Below, one piece after another: positions 37,141-50,088 of a stretch of 64,000 nt of DNA (within the stretch, counting starts at the first letter, position 1; each line of letters begins with the position of its first letter). A model generated the notes under the pieces. The model had not been told where the DNA came from, did no database searches, and saw only the letters and a program-made list of their open reading frames with translations. A program made the position numbers and the translations under genes. The DNA is from Scyliorhinus canicula (Eukaryota): positions 6,449,784-6,513,783 of the forward strand of contig NC_052154.1 of NCBI RefSeq assembly GCF_902713615.1, written 5' to 3'.

Positions 37141-38019
37141 AATATGCCTGCTGGTTTGGGACGGCGATACAACTGAAGCAGAAGTTGAAGCAGAATGGTG
37201 GCTACCCCGGGAGGGTGTGTAGGTCAGCGAGCACTGGATGGACGAGGCTCAGTGTGAGTATAGTCATGGAGCAGCAGCGTTGCACCATTCCAGGTTCTAT
37301 TCTGTGAATGCTCCTCTGCACCTTCCCCAAGGCCAGGATAACCTCTAATCTGGGCTAAACCCACACTCGGAGCTGAACGCAATCCAATCTCAATGTCAGT
37401 AAAAACCCAGGAGTAATGTTCATCATATGTCAGCACTTAAGCAAGGCAACAGAGTGCACTCCGTCTCTCATATTGCTTATATTAGCATGCTTAAAACAAT
37501 GTCACTTTGAGTTAAATATTTGTGCTTTATGGCTTCTGAGCACAGCTCTGTGTTTGACAGATTGTTAGGTTCAGGCAGACACACAAAACACCATACTGCA
37601 GATACTCTAAATCTTAACTAAACCTAGAAAAACTCAAGTCCTGTGGAGAGGGGAAGGAAGGGTGAATGTATCACATTGGTGACTTTTCCTGAGGACTGGT
37701 CTATCACCTGAAAGTGTGAAGTCTTCATTCCCTCCCCAGGGGGATAAACTTGGATGTGTTTCGGTAATAGCCCCTGACCATTGCTTTCAATTTCTTCCAA
37801 CTAATCCCCAAATTCGACGCCCTGCACACTTTGCCCTCTCAAATGCACCAAGAATTGTCCTCTTTCCTGATCTGGGAGTTCTGAGTGGGATAGTGTAACA
37901 GGAGCTTTCCTCTGTCCATGAAATGGGTTTGTTTCGGAGACGAGCTTGACGCTGTACATGACCTGACAGCACAGTAGTGCTACTCTGTATTTATCTATGC
38001 GCTGCATCTCAGAGTATTT

Positions 38020-39010
38020 AATGGGGACACTGTAGAGGGAGCTTTACTCTGTATCTAACACCGTGCTGTACCTGTCCTGGGAGTGTTTGATGGGGACAGT
38101 GTACAGGGAGCTTTACTCTGTATCTAACCCCGTGCTGCACCTATCCTGGGAGTGTTTGATGGGGACAGTACAGAGAGAGCTTTACTCTGTATCTAACTCC
38201 GTGCTGTACCTGTCCTGGGAGTGTTTGATGGGGACAGTGTAGAGGGAGCTTTACTCTGTATCTAACCCCGTGTTGTACCTGTCCTGGGAGTGTTTGATGG
38301 GGACAGTGTAGAGGGAGCTTTACTCTGTATCTCACCCCGTGCTGTTTTTGTCCTGGGAGTGTTTGATGGGGACAGTGTAGTGGGAGCTTTACTCTGTATC
38401 TAACCCCGTGCTGTACCTGTCCTGGGAGTGTTTGATGGGGACAGTGTAGAGGGAGCTTTACTCTGTATCTCACCCCGTGCTGTACTTGTCCTGGGAGTGT
38501 TTGATGGGGAAAGTGCAGAGGGAGCTTTACTCTGTACCTAACCCCGTGCTGTACTTGTCCTGGGAGTGTTTGATGGGGAAAGTACAGAGAGAGCTTTACT
38601 CTGTATCTAACCCCGTGCTGTACTTGTCCAGGGAGTGTTTGATGGGGAAAGTGCAGAGGGAGCTTTACTCTGTATCTAACCCCGTGCTGTACCTGTCCTG
38701 GGAGTGTTTAATGGGGACAGTGTAGAGGGAGCTTTACTCTGTATCTAACCCTGTGCTGTACCTGTCCTGGGAGTGTTTGATGGGGAGAGTGTAGAGGGAG
38801 CTTTACTCTGTATCTAACCCCGTGCTGTACCTGTCCTGGGAGTGTTTGATGGGGAGAGTGTAGAGGGAGCTTTACTCTGTATCTAACTCCGTGCTGTACC
38901 TGTCCTGGGAGTGTTTGATGGGGAGAGTGTAGAGGGAGCTTTACTCTGTATCTAACCCCGTGCTGTACCTGTACTGGGAGTGGTTGTTGGAATAATGTAA
39001 AGGGAGCTTT
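38020..39010. repeat. 69-bp minisatellite, 14 conserved units plus degenerate flanks
   Basis: Unit GGAGTGTTTGATGGGGACAGTGTAGAGGGAGCTTTACTCTGTATCTAACCCCGTGCTGTACCTGTCCTG; GAGCTTTACTCTG recurs every 69 bp from 38039 to 38936. Confidence 0.95.
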
Positions 39011-39650
39011 GCTTTCTATCTGATCATCAATGCAGCCACCCTGAAAAATAGCAGCTGATCAAACTTGTCAGCAAAAAAGGGTGGGATATTATGGATGGTG
39101 GGGAAGGGACGTGGAAGGAACATTGGCCAGCAGCCAGCGTACCTGAAAGAAGCCCACCCTACAGCCTAAACACACGGTGGGCGGACTAAACCAGGTGACA
39201 GTGAGACCCCTGCCCCTCAGCCAGGAGAAATCCCAAGGCAGCTCCAGCAGTTGGACATTGCCAGTGCTCAGCAGTGGACACTGTAACGGAACCTGGGAAG
39301 AAGAGAAGGTGGATATCGGAGCCAGGTTAGTCAGGCCTTTTTGGGTGGAGTGGGATTAGGCAGCCTCGGGAGGGTAGGTAAGGGAACTAATTATGGAGGC
39401 CAACAGTGGGGGAAGATGCGGGGGTAAATGTTTTGAGGGGGGGGTGGAGTGCCGAGATGCATACAGGGCAGTCCCTGATGGGCATAGTCCGCAATTTCTT
39501 TCCGCCTTTCAAACATTTGTGTTTAAAACACTGGCCTGCCTATTCCTGCTTGCCTGCCCACGTCAATCATATTAGTCTGGGGCAGTGTATCAACTGGATC
39601 AATTTGCCTGCTTAGAAGCTCAATTAACCATTAATTATATATTTTAAAAT

Positions 39651-40056
39651 GGCGGCACGTGGCGCAGTGGTTAGCACTGGGACTACAGCGCTGAAGACCC
39701 GGGTTCGAATCCTCGTCCTGGGTCACTGTCCGTGTGGAGTATGCACATGAATTGAAAATCGCTTATTGTCACGAGTAGACTTCAATGAAGTTCCTCTGAA
39801 AAGCCCCTAGTCGCCACATTCCGGCGCCTGTTCGGGGAGACTGTTACGGGAATCGAACCGTGCTGCTGGCCTGCCTTGGTCTGCTTTCAAAGCCAGCGAT
39901 TTAGCCCAGTGTGCTAAACAGCCCCATTCTTCACATGTCTGCGTGGGTTTCACCCCCACAACCCAAAGATGTGCAGGTTAGGTGGATTGGCCACGCTAAA
40001 TTGCCCCTTAATTGGAAAAACAAAATAATTGCCTGCTCTAAATTAAAAAAAAAAAA
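39651..40056 (+). mobile_element. V-SINE short form with a (TTTCA)n-tailed SINE inserted in reverse (39749-39925)
   Basis: TSD AATTAT(A/T)TATTTTAAAAT at about 39633 and 40055. Confidence 0.85.
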
Positions 40057-40972
40057 TTATTTATTTTAAAATGATGGGTGGGCTGCTGATGTTATGGGGA
40101 CAGGTCGGTGATGATAGGGAAAAGTGCCACCCCTCGCATTTTACAAACTACCCCTGCCAAAAGGTCCAGCCCCTGGATTCACTTGCGGGTGACGGTTGGT
40201 CATTCCCGTACCGGCCTCCCCGAACAGGTGCCGGAATGTGGCGACTAGGGGTTTTTCACTGTAACTTCTATTGAAGCTTACTTGTGACAATAAACGATAA
40301 TCATTTCATTTCTTTCACTGACCTCTGAACCCTCCAAAGCCTCTCCTCCACCTTTGAGTGAGGAATGTTCTAAAGCACCAGAATGGAGGCAGCTGTGACG
40401 GCTCTCAAAAATCTTGACACCATCCATGACAACCCGTTGGATCAGTTCAAAAACACATCCTCCCCCATTAGCCGGTTGATCGGCCGTGGAAGGCACGGAA
40501 TGTTCCAGACACAGTGCTGCAAAGCAGCAAGTACGCCAGCGCAACTCTCCTCCCAATCGCTGGGTCTCGCTTGCATCGATCGCCAGAACTCCATCACCTC
40601 CAAATCACTCTCCACGACTCACATTCCTGACTTGGATATGTGCCAGCAAGCATTCATTATCGCTGGGCCCAAATCTCGGAATCCCCTCCTTAAAACCGCA
40701 CAATCGCAGGATTAACCCCACCAGGACTGCTGTGATGAAAGGAGGGGTTCAGTGGGAGCTGTATGGTTCAGTATCGATACAGCACACACCCTTAAGAGGC
40801 AAAATCTCGACTTGTGCAACTGATCAGCAAGCAAGAAAGTTTTGCATTTATAGAGAGCCTTTTGTGACAGCAGAATCTTCCAAAGTTCTTTCTGGCAGAT
40901 CTGATCAATCCAACCCAAAACTTCCATAAAAATCCAAGGAAACCCGGAGATTCGGCAGACTGAGAGAGTAAT

Positions 40973-41267
40973 TGTTATAACCTGCCTGCTTAACATTGGC
41001 TGGGGACTAATGACAATCGCACAATCCTCTGGGAGTATGAGCTTCCCCAATGAGGGGAGGGTGGGGGGGGGGGGGGGGGGGGGGGAGAGAGAAATCATTA
41101 GCAGACTCCCTGCATAAATAAAGCTGGCCAGTCTGGAACCAGCAGAGAGAGAGGAGTGAGCAGCAAGGGAAGTTGCTGCTGCTGCTGTATATATATGTTA
41201 TTGTAAATAAATGTCATTTCTTTGTATCCTGAAGACTCGTGCTGGATTCTTCGTGACCCTCACAAAA
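40973..41267 (+). mobile_element. Solo LTR with TG...AA termini
   Basis: TSD GTAAT (40968-40972, 41268-41272); CATAAATA TATA-like box near 41113; AATAAA near 41206. Confidence 0.75.
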
Positions 41268-42147
41268 GTAATGAAAGTGACAAAGTTGGCAATTAAACCG
41301 AGCAACTGATGAGCTACTTGATGTCAATGTTCCCCACCATCCAGAATTAGCCATGAGAGTCCAAGGATTAGAATATTCTGAACAGCTCCGGCAGAAAAAA
41401 AGTAATTGGGCCATTAAAATAATAATGGCGACATTTTTCTCATTATCTTTGAACATTGTCCAACATTTGGTAGATGAGATGGGTCAGAAAAGGCTTTTTG
41501 GCTGACAGGTGACCAGGCTAAGGTGCAAGATCGTGTGTGAAAGCTCCATCAGTCGGTCAAAACAGAGTTGTCAAGCCTAAGTGGGATGGTGGTCCACCTA
41601 ATCGACCTTGGAGATTGCAAAGAGAAATGGGAAATTTGTCAAAATTGTGGAGTTGGTTTACAAAATACTTAAAATGTAGTGTTTGGATGAGAACCAACTG
41701 TTGCCTCAGCAGACACCACCTTGTACAAACATCAAGCTAGCGACTGCAATCTTTAAACAGGAATTATTGACTTGCTAATCAGACACTCGAAAAGACACAA
41801 GCACTTCCAAAGTCATTATCCTCTAGATTAGAAGTTCATTTATCTGCAAGGTTGATTAAAGATGCTCATAGCTGTGAAATATCTGAAAAGACCTGATGTG
41901 CAACTGATTCGCTTTATTCTCCCCCCCCCCCCCCCCCCCCCCCCCGCCAGCATCCACAGTATTTTGCTTTGATTTATTTCACCATTTGGAAATAATGACA
42001 CTTGTCACTTTCTGCGCAATTCTGCGTCCAGGTGTCATTATGAATGGACCATCTTCCCACGAGAGAAAAAGCTTTGAAAAACCCGAACTTTGTTTCCGTC
42101 AACCTTCTTGAAAGTTGTCGCTTTGCTGAAGAAACGCAGAACATTAT

Positions 42148-42320
42148 TACCATAGATGGCAATGTATAAATTGACCTTTGAAGCCTCAAAAAGACCCCCT
42201 CAAAAGATAGCATTTCACAGCTGAAAACAGGTCAATTTATATGGCAAGTAAATGCAAAAACTTGATTTTTGGGGCCTGGAAAATGAGGCTGGCTTATATC
42301 CAAGGTAGACTGGACTATAT
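42148..42320. mobile_element. Possible old Tc1/mariner-type MITE remnant
   Basis: Inverted motifs TATAAATTGACCT (42165) and AGGTCAATTTATA (42229) after a TACC start. Confidence 0.3.
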
Positions 42321-42354
42321 TGCACTGGAGATTCAGCCTAAATAATCTGAAAAA

Positions 42355-43860
42355 GAGAAAGACCCTGCATTTCTATAGCACCTTTCATAATCCAGGGTAT
42401 TTCAAAAGCTGTCACAGCCAATGAGGTACTTTTTGAAATACAGTTGGCACGGTGTCACAGTGGTTAGCACTGCTACCTCACGGCGCCAGGGTCACGGGTT
42501 CAATTCCAGCCCTGGGTCAGTATCTGTGAAGAGTTTGTACGTTCTTCCTGTGTCTGTGTGGGTTTAGAACATAGAACATAGAACATTACAACGCAGTACA
42601 GGCCCTTCGGCCCTCGATGTTGTGCCGTCCTGTGAAACCCCTCTAAAGTCCCTCTACACTATTCCCTTATCGTCCATATGTCTATCCAATGACCATTTGA
42701 ATGCGTTTAGTGTTGCCGAGTCCACTACTGTTGCAGGCAGGGCATCCCCCGCCCTTATTACTCTCTGAGTAAAGAATCTACCTCTGACATCTGTCCTATA
42801 TCTATCTCCCCTCAATTTAAAGCTATGTCCCCTTGTACTGGACATCACCATCCGAGGAAAAAGGCTCTCAATGTCCACCCTATCTTCTCCTCTGATCATC
42901 TTGTATGCCTCAATTAAGTCACCTCTTAACCTTCTTCTCTCTAATGAAAACAGCCTCAAGTCCTTCAGCCTTTCCTCATAAGATCTTCCCTCCATACTGA
43001 CAAAAAATACTCATTTAGCACCTCTCCTATCTCCTCGGACTCCACGCACAAGTTCCCACTACTGTCCTTAACTGGCCCTACTCTTACCTTAGTCATTCTT
43101 ATATTCCTGACATATCTATAGAAAGCTTTAGGGTTATCCTTGATCCCACCTGCCAAAAAATTCTCATGTCCTCGCCTGGCTCTTCTTAGCTCCCTCTTTA
43201 GAGCCTTCCTAGCTAACTTGTAACTCTCAAGCGCCCTAACTGAACCATCACGTCTCATCTTTACATAAGCCTCCTTATTCCTCTCGACAAGTGGTTTCCT
43301 CCGGGTGCTCCGTTTCCTCCCTCAGTCTAAAGATGTGCAGGATAGATGGATTGGCCACGGCAAGTTGTCCCTTAGTGTCAAGGGATGCACAGTTTAGGCT
43401 ATGGGGCTACAGGGTTAGGGAGGGTTGGACATGAAAAGAGGGCTCTTTTGAAGGGTCAGTGCAGACCCGATGGGCTGAATGGCCTCCTTCTGCATGGTAG
43501 GGATTCAATGATTCTAGTCATTGTTCGAATGCATGAAATACATCAGCCAACCTGCACACAGCACGTTCCCATAAACAGCGCCATTGCCCAGATAATGTGT
43601 GATTGGTGGTGTTGTTTGAGGTATACATAATCAGTAGGACATCAGGGAGCACTCGCTGCACTCTTCTTCTACATAAGGCTAGAGGAGCAGTTTCACAACA
43701 TAGGAGGCCAACTGCGGCCTTGCTTAGATGCCCCAGTTGAACCATGGCCTCACTGACAGGTGTCGTGCTTCTTTAGCCTTGCACTGGGAGTATCAGCCTG
43801 GGTCATGCATTCGGTCCTCTGTAATATGACTCGAACCTTCAGAGTGGCTATGAGCCAAGA
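42355..43860 (-). mobile_element. Nested set: DeuSINE-like (-) > HE1-like SINE (+; 42446-42565 and 43293-43515) > CR1/HER1 (-; 42566-43292)
   Basis: Split halves resume collinearly; CR1 has an (ATGTTCT)n tail, LFSLERRRLRGDLIEAYK...FFTQRV and KAFYRYVRN, joined by an internal deletion near 42995. Confidence 0.85.
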
Positions 43861-45793
43861 TAAACTTCACAATATTAAATTTCAGCCGATGGCCTGAACT
43901 TGCGCGATTGCGTTGGGCGCACAGTGTCAGCGAATTCCTGATCCCGTGAACCTGACTCCTGAAAAACAAATGCCCTGGAAGTTTGGATTTTTGGGAATCC
44001 TGAACACCAGCCCGGGAAAGAGTTCTTAGGCGGCCATAGGGGGCAGCAGGGTGCGGCAGTGGCAGAATGAGTAAAAGGCCTGATTTGCGTCCAAGCACTT
44101 AGCACACACTCCTGACCCATCCAAACTCCTATCCCTCCTACACCCCTCCACCTATGCCCATGGATGTTTTCAACTTAGTGTCAACTAATGCCGACCCCCG
44201 CCCCCATCCACAGCCCTCTGCCCGGCTACCCTCCATGCCAACTCACCCAGTATTCAGCATGCACAGACCCCAGAACCTATGTTGATATTAAGTAATGTTC
44301 TTAAATGTCTATTTACTATTTAAAAGCACACTGATTGTGAAAAATCCATACACGACCCTGAATTTCTATGAATCATTAACGAGAACGTGCATTTGTATAT
44401 AACGCCACTTCTAAGTCTTTCTAAGCACATGGACCCCTTCAATCAAATTGTGAGCTGACCGGCACCCTACTATGATAATGTAAGGCAAAATCAGTCATGC
44501 ACCATTAATCCTGAAAGGTGAATACTCAGGCTTAGGGGAACATGGCGGAATGTTCCAGTGATGTTTTCAAGACCACAAAGAGGTTTCTGCAAACATTTAA
44601 AGGGCAGGAGATTGAAACTCCTTGAAAGCTAGACAGCTTTCTCGACAGCCTGCTTTGACATTCCTCTTTGACAGCTCCCTTGACAGTTCCAATGAATTTC
44701 ACCACTTTTTACACACGCTCATGTTTACCTTTAGCAATCTGAAAGGGCACCTGAATTCTCCCAAGGCTGCTATTCGGCTATATCCAAAAGGGTATCATCT
44801 CTCCAAAAGGGGAACCTCGCCAAAGAACTCCGGTAAGGTTAGGTCTTCTGCTACCAGGTCTAAAGTGTACGAGCCATATTTCCCATTCCCGCCTTGTGAA
44901 AATCAGCTCGAACTAATACAGCTGCGCTTTAACATGTGCAGCTGCCCCTGTGGGCCACGGATATCCAAAGGACAACCAGGCCCCATTTCCCCCCCCCCCC
45001 CCTCCCCCCCCACCCTTTCCACTACTTCCCCAAAGAATGGCGGGGGCTGCATTCAGGGATGGGCATTTCCACAAAGATGGAGAGCCTTTCTGTCTGCACA
45101 AAAGCTCCGGCCCATATGTCCATTGGGATCGGCAAAGGCTAGATCAATGAAATGAGGCCAAAAACGCAGCGTCTGCTGCGTGAATTAAGAAGATTAATTT
45201 TATGGTTACTGTGTGAATTAAATAGGTTAAGGGTTAGGATCAGGGTCAAGGTTAGGTTTGGGTAAGCTTACAAATTCCTAAAATGACGGTTAGGAATAGG
45301 GTTAGATTTTGGGTTAACGTATCAATTAGTAAGATTTTGGTTGAAGTTAGAGATGGGGATAATTTTCGGATGTGAATTAAGAATTCCCTCTTGAAGATCA
45401 CTGATATCTTTTTTGACATTGCAAAACACTTAGAACTACATAGGTTACGCAGCACCAGCTATTTATCCCAACCGGCCCAGACTGGTGTTGGTGCCCCTCT
45501 CAAGCGGCCTCTCGTTTTTCCTCATCTAAATCTACTATTCTAACCCTCTAATCCTTTCTCCCTCATAGACTTGCCTAGTTTCTCCTTAAATGTATTCGGA
45601 CTATTCACCTCAACCACTCCCTGTGGGAGCGAGTTCCCGATTCTCATCACCCTCTGGGTATTTTGCAGTGATGGGACACCCACGGCGGAAGGGGGTGGGG
45701 GGGGGGTCATTGTCGGCGGGATCTTAGAATGGCCAGAAAATACTACACCCCTCTCTGTATTTACTCCATCAAAATTGTCATTATTTTAACAAC

Positions 45794-46079
45794 TGTGGTG
45801 GTATGATTAGCATAGCTGCCTGCCATTGGTGCAGAACACCGGCTTACCATTGGCCCTGGTCGGTCATGTGCCTCTCGACCGGTTGGTCGAGACCAGTCAC
45901 GTGACGGCTCCTCGATTGGTCGAGAGGCTGAGTTAACCCCGCCTCCAGGGCGGGGTATAAATACCCAGTACTCCCGGAGGTCGTCCATTTACTGTAATCG
46001 ACCGCAGGGCTAACATCTAGCTGATTAAAGCCATACTTTTGTACAGCAACTCGTCTCGCGTTCAATTGATGGTACATCA
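45794..46079 (+). mobile_element. Solo Gypsy-type LTR (286 bp)
   Basis: TG...CA, TSD ACAAC (45789-45793, 46080-46084), TATAAATA near 45956, ATTAAA at 46024. Confidence 0.9.
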
Positions 46080-47299
46080 ACAACCTCAGCCTTCTTTCTT
46101 CAAGAGAATAGAGACTCTACCTGTCAATTCTTTCTTGATATATATTCCCACACATTGTCAATATCATCCTTGTAAATCTTCTCTGCAGCCTTGCCAGTGT
46201 GTCAATAACCTTTTGGCACTGTAGGGATCAGGACTGCAATATTCTGACAAAGGTATTTTTTTCAAAATCTTTAGAAATCCTCTCAAGTTAAGTGCCTGAT
46301 TTCTTGACATCGACTATCATTAGGAAGGATAGTGCAATACGTGAGGCACGGTCTTCCTTATTTTTGAAAGGGCCGGTTTCACTAACATTTCTGTAAATTA
46401 CTTTGTCAATTACTTTGGAATCGGTGTCTTTTGTAAGGCGACTCTGCAACATCCCCTATTTAGTGTATCCTAAATTTCGGCATGTCTTCCACTGCCTTTC
46501 CCAGGATTGTTGAGAATCAGTTGCGTTGGTGAATATTTGAAAGCTCTCCTTCATCAGACTAGATCTCTCTTCAGAGATGGATGAGCAGACTGGGACACTA
46601 TAGGTCCTGAGCACCTCTCTGGCATCGGCGATGAAAATGTTGCAATTTTAATTTATTGAGTATATTGCGTTAGCCTGTGGAGATGTGTATGTCTAACTTA
46701 TTTAAACTGGGAACGGAGTCTCTATGGAATTGAGACCATCAAAGAGCCTCCTTCTGCACTGTTGGGATTCTATGGATGCTACGAAGGGGGTTAGGTGTGA
46801 AAAGCAGGCATTTGAAGTGAATAGGACCAAGTTGGATGTTCTACAATGAAACACAAGATGGGTAGAAAGTACATGAAGAGGTAAGTGAGAATTTAGATTT
46901 CCAGCTGTTGAATTTCAAAGGGAGGTCAGAAGGAGTTTACAACTTAAGGAACGGTCATGAGTACAGGAGGGAACAAACTTGGGAAAGGTCGTTAAATTTT
47001 CTTTGACCCAAGAGTTGGAGCAATAGGGCACATAAAAGATTTTTGTATTTTGAAGAGGTAACTTCAGAGAGATGTTGCGAACAATGGTCAAAAAGATCAA
47101 AGATAAAGAACAAATTTAAGGAAAGGTTTGGAGCTGTGTTGAGGAAGTGAGTGTGTTAGATTCTACAGTGTGCCCTATGGTGCCACAGATCTGTGATGAG
47201 GTACGCTGTGCTGCCATCATCCACCCTAGAGAACTGTGTATTTGATCCAGAAAGTAGGGTTTCATTCTAAAGCTTTTTGGAATTCTCCATAGCTGAGTA

Positions 47300-49490
47300 G
47301 CAACGGTGGGTGCCTTTAGGTAATATTACTGTTTTTTGTGCTTTTGCGCCAGAAACAAATAACTGTTGCAAGGCATACATCCGTTCCTTAAATATTAGCC
47401 ATTGCCTATCCACCATCATACCATTTAATGAAGTTCCCCAATCTACCTTAGCCAACTCACACCTCATACCTTCATAGTTTCCTTTGTTTAGATTTAGGAC
47501 TCTAATTTCATTGCACCTCTTCACTTTACATCCCAACTAACAATTCTATCATGTTATGATCACTGTTCCCTAAAGGACCCTGCTCACCAAGATTATTAAT
47601 TGACCCCTTCTCATTGAATACTACCAAAACTGGGATTGTGTGTTCCCTAGTTGGTTCCTCAATGTACTGGTCTAAAAAAAACACCGTGTACACACTCCAG
47701 GAATTCACCTGCCACAACATTGTTGCTAATTTGGTTTCCTCAATCCACATGTAGATTAATGTCACCCATGATTACTTGCCTTGTTACATAGAATCATAAA
47801 ATCCACAATGCAGAAGGAGGCCATTTGGCCCATCGAGTCTGCACCGGCTCTTGGAAAGAGCATCCCACAACTCCACTCTATCCCCGCAAACCAGTAACCC
47901 CACCTTAGCTAAGGGCAATTTAGCGTGGCAAATTCACCTAACCTGCACATCTTTGGACTGTGGGAGGAAAACCAGAGGATCTAGAGGAAACCCACCCAGA
48001 CACGGGGAGAACGTGCAGACTCTGCACAGACAGTGACCCAAGCCGGGAATTGAACCTGGGACCCTGGAGCTGTGAAGCAACAATGCTAACCACTGTGCTA
48101 CCATGCTGCCCTCTAATTTCCTGTTCAATGCCATCCCTTACCTTACCATGGCCAAGACTGATTCTATATCTTGATTTTCAGAGCCAATATCCTGTCCCAC
48201 TATTGCACTCATTTCAGCATTAACTAACAACGCCACCCCACCTCCTTTTCCTTTTCACCCGTCCTCCCAAAATAGTGTAACCTTGGATATTCCCTGGTCA
48301 CCTGCAGCCATGTTCCATAATTGCAATCATATTGTACCTGTGTATACCAATTTCTGCTGTTAATTCATCTACCTTATTGCAAATGTTCCATGTATTCAGA
48401 TGCAGTGCACTTCTACTTGTCTTTTTAACATTTCTACACAGATTTTTTCATATTATGGTCCTATTTTCTGCTAGCCCTTGTTTCTACGTTTTCATTTGCT
48501 ATCTTTTTTATCGTTCATTTCTATCTTGGTTAGCACTGCTGCCTCATAGCGCCAGGAACATGGGTTTGATTACCGCCTTGGGTAACTGTATGGAGTTTGC
48601 ACGTTCTCCCTGTATCTGCATGGGTATCCTCCAGGTGCTCCGGTTTTCTCCCATGTGCAGGTTAGGTGGATTAGCCATAATAAAACTGCCCCTTAGTGTC
48701 CAAAGGTTAAATGGGGTTACAGGGTTACAGGGATGCCGTGGGGGATTGGGCCCAAGTAGGGTGCTCTTTCAGAGGGTTGGGGTAGACTCGATGGACTGAA
48801 TGGCCTCTTTCTGCACTGTAGGGATTCAATGATTCTTTTGTCTCCCTGCTCAGGTTCGTATCCCCCTACCACTCTTGCTTAGACCTTCTCCAACAGCACC
48901 AGCAAATACTCCTGCTGGGATATTGGTCAAGGTGCTGCTGGGGAGCAACCTGTCCAGTTTGTGGTTCTTCCCTGGAATCAGTCCCAATGCCTCAGGGATT
49001 CAAATCACTCCTTCTTACACCATGTCTCCAGCCACGCATTCATCTGGTTCATTCTCCTATTCTTGTTCTCTTGGGAGTATCATAGAATCGTAGAATATAC
49101 AGTGTAGAATGAGCCCAATTGGCCCATCGAGTCTGCACCAGCCCTTGGAAAGAGCACCTTACTTCAGCCCACACCTCCACCCTATACCCGTAACCCCACC
49201 TAACATTTTTGGACACTAAGGCCAATTCTGCAGGACCAATCCACCTAACCTGCACATCTTTGGACTGTGGGAGGAAACCGGAGCACCCGGAGGAAACCCA
49301 CGCAGACACAGGGAGAATATGCAGACTCCGCACAGAGAGTGACCCAAGCCGGGAATCGAACCCGGGTCGCTGAAGTAACAGTGCTAACCATTGAGATTAC
49401 TACCTTTTGAGGCCCTGCTTTTCAATTTATTTCCTAGCTCCATATGTTCTGCCTTCAGGGCATCACCCCTCTTTGACTTATGTCTTGAGG
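47300..49490 (-). mobile_element. CR1 LINE 5' ORF2 (AP endonuclease) region with three HE1-like SINEs (47787-48111 -, 48527-48835 +, 49079-49392 -)
   Basis: FLDQYIEEPTRE...GPLGNSDHNMIE endonuclease motif; LNLNKGNYEGMRCELAKVDW. Confidence 0.8.
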
Positions 49491-49859
49491 TCATATAATT
49501 CCAATTCTAATTCTCATGTCACGGAAAGACAAAGGCAGACTTGCATCCATTTCCATGGCTTTTAAGTCCTGGACCAGGTCGCTAGTCTGTCGCCAGGGGC
49601 TTCTAGCTTGAGGGTCGCCACTCGACACATCAAACATGACTGGCTGGGAGTTTCTCCCGCTCCTACAGTCAGCTATTGGTGTGTTTTGGAAGGGTTTGCA
49701 GCTTGACACACTCAGCCTGTTTGACCGCATTATGAAAGCATCTTCTTTGGTCATCGAGTCCTGGGTGGAGCTCGAAACCAGAGCATCTGGAGCCCTCGAC
49801 ACTACCCACTGCGACACAAGACTGAGCTCATTAAGGTGCTAAAGAAATGCAAGTGTGTT

Positions 49860-50088
49860 GTTTTTTTAAAATAAATTTGAAGTACCCAATTATGTTTTTT
49901 CCAATTAAGGGGCAATTCAGCGTTGCCGATCCACCTAACCTGCACATCTTTTGGGATGTGGGGGTGAAACCCACGCAGACACGGGGAGAATGTGCAAACT
50001 CCACACGGACAGTGACCCAGGGCCGGGATTCGAACCCGGGTCCTCAGCGCCGTAGTCCCAGTGGTAACCACTGCGCTGCGTGCCGCCC
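49860..50088 (-). mobile_element. V-SINE short form with A-rich tail
   Basis: Full head and body; flanking TGTTGTTTTTT TSD-like repeats. Confidence 0.85.

Noticed and set aside
38020-39010. CRISPR array or repeat-protein gene
   Set aside because: Units are head-to-tail with no unique spacers, there are no cas genes and the context is eukaryotic; the open frame follows from the 69-nt period.
44622-45155. 177-aa ORF
   Set aside because: TTG start, no recognisable domain, overlaps MITE-like and poly(C) sequence.
45240-45320. Interstitial telomere
   Set aside because: Only scattered degenerate GGTTAG hexamers with no (TTAGGG)n run; more likely an old DNA-transposon interior.
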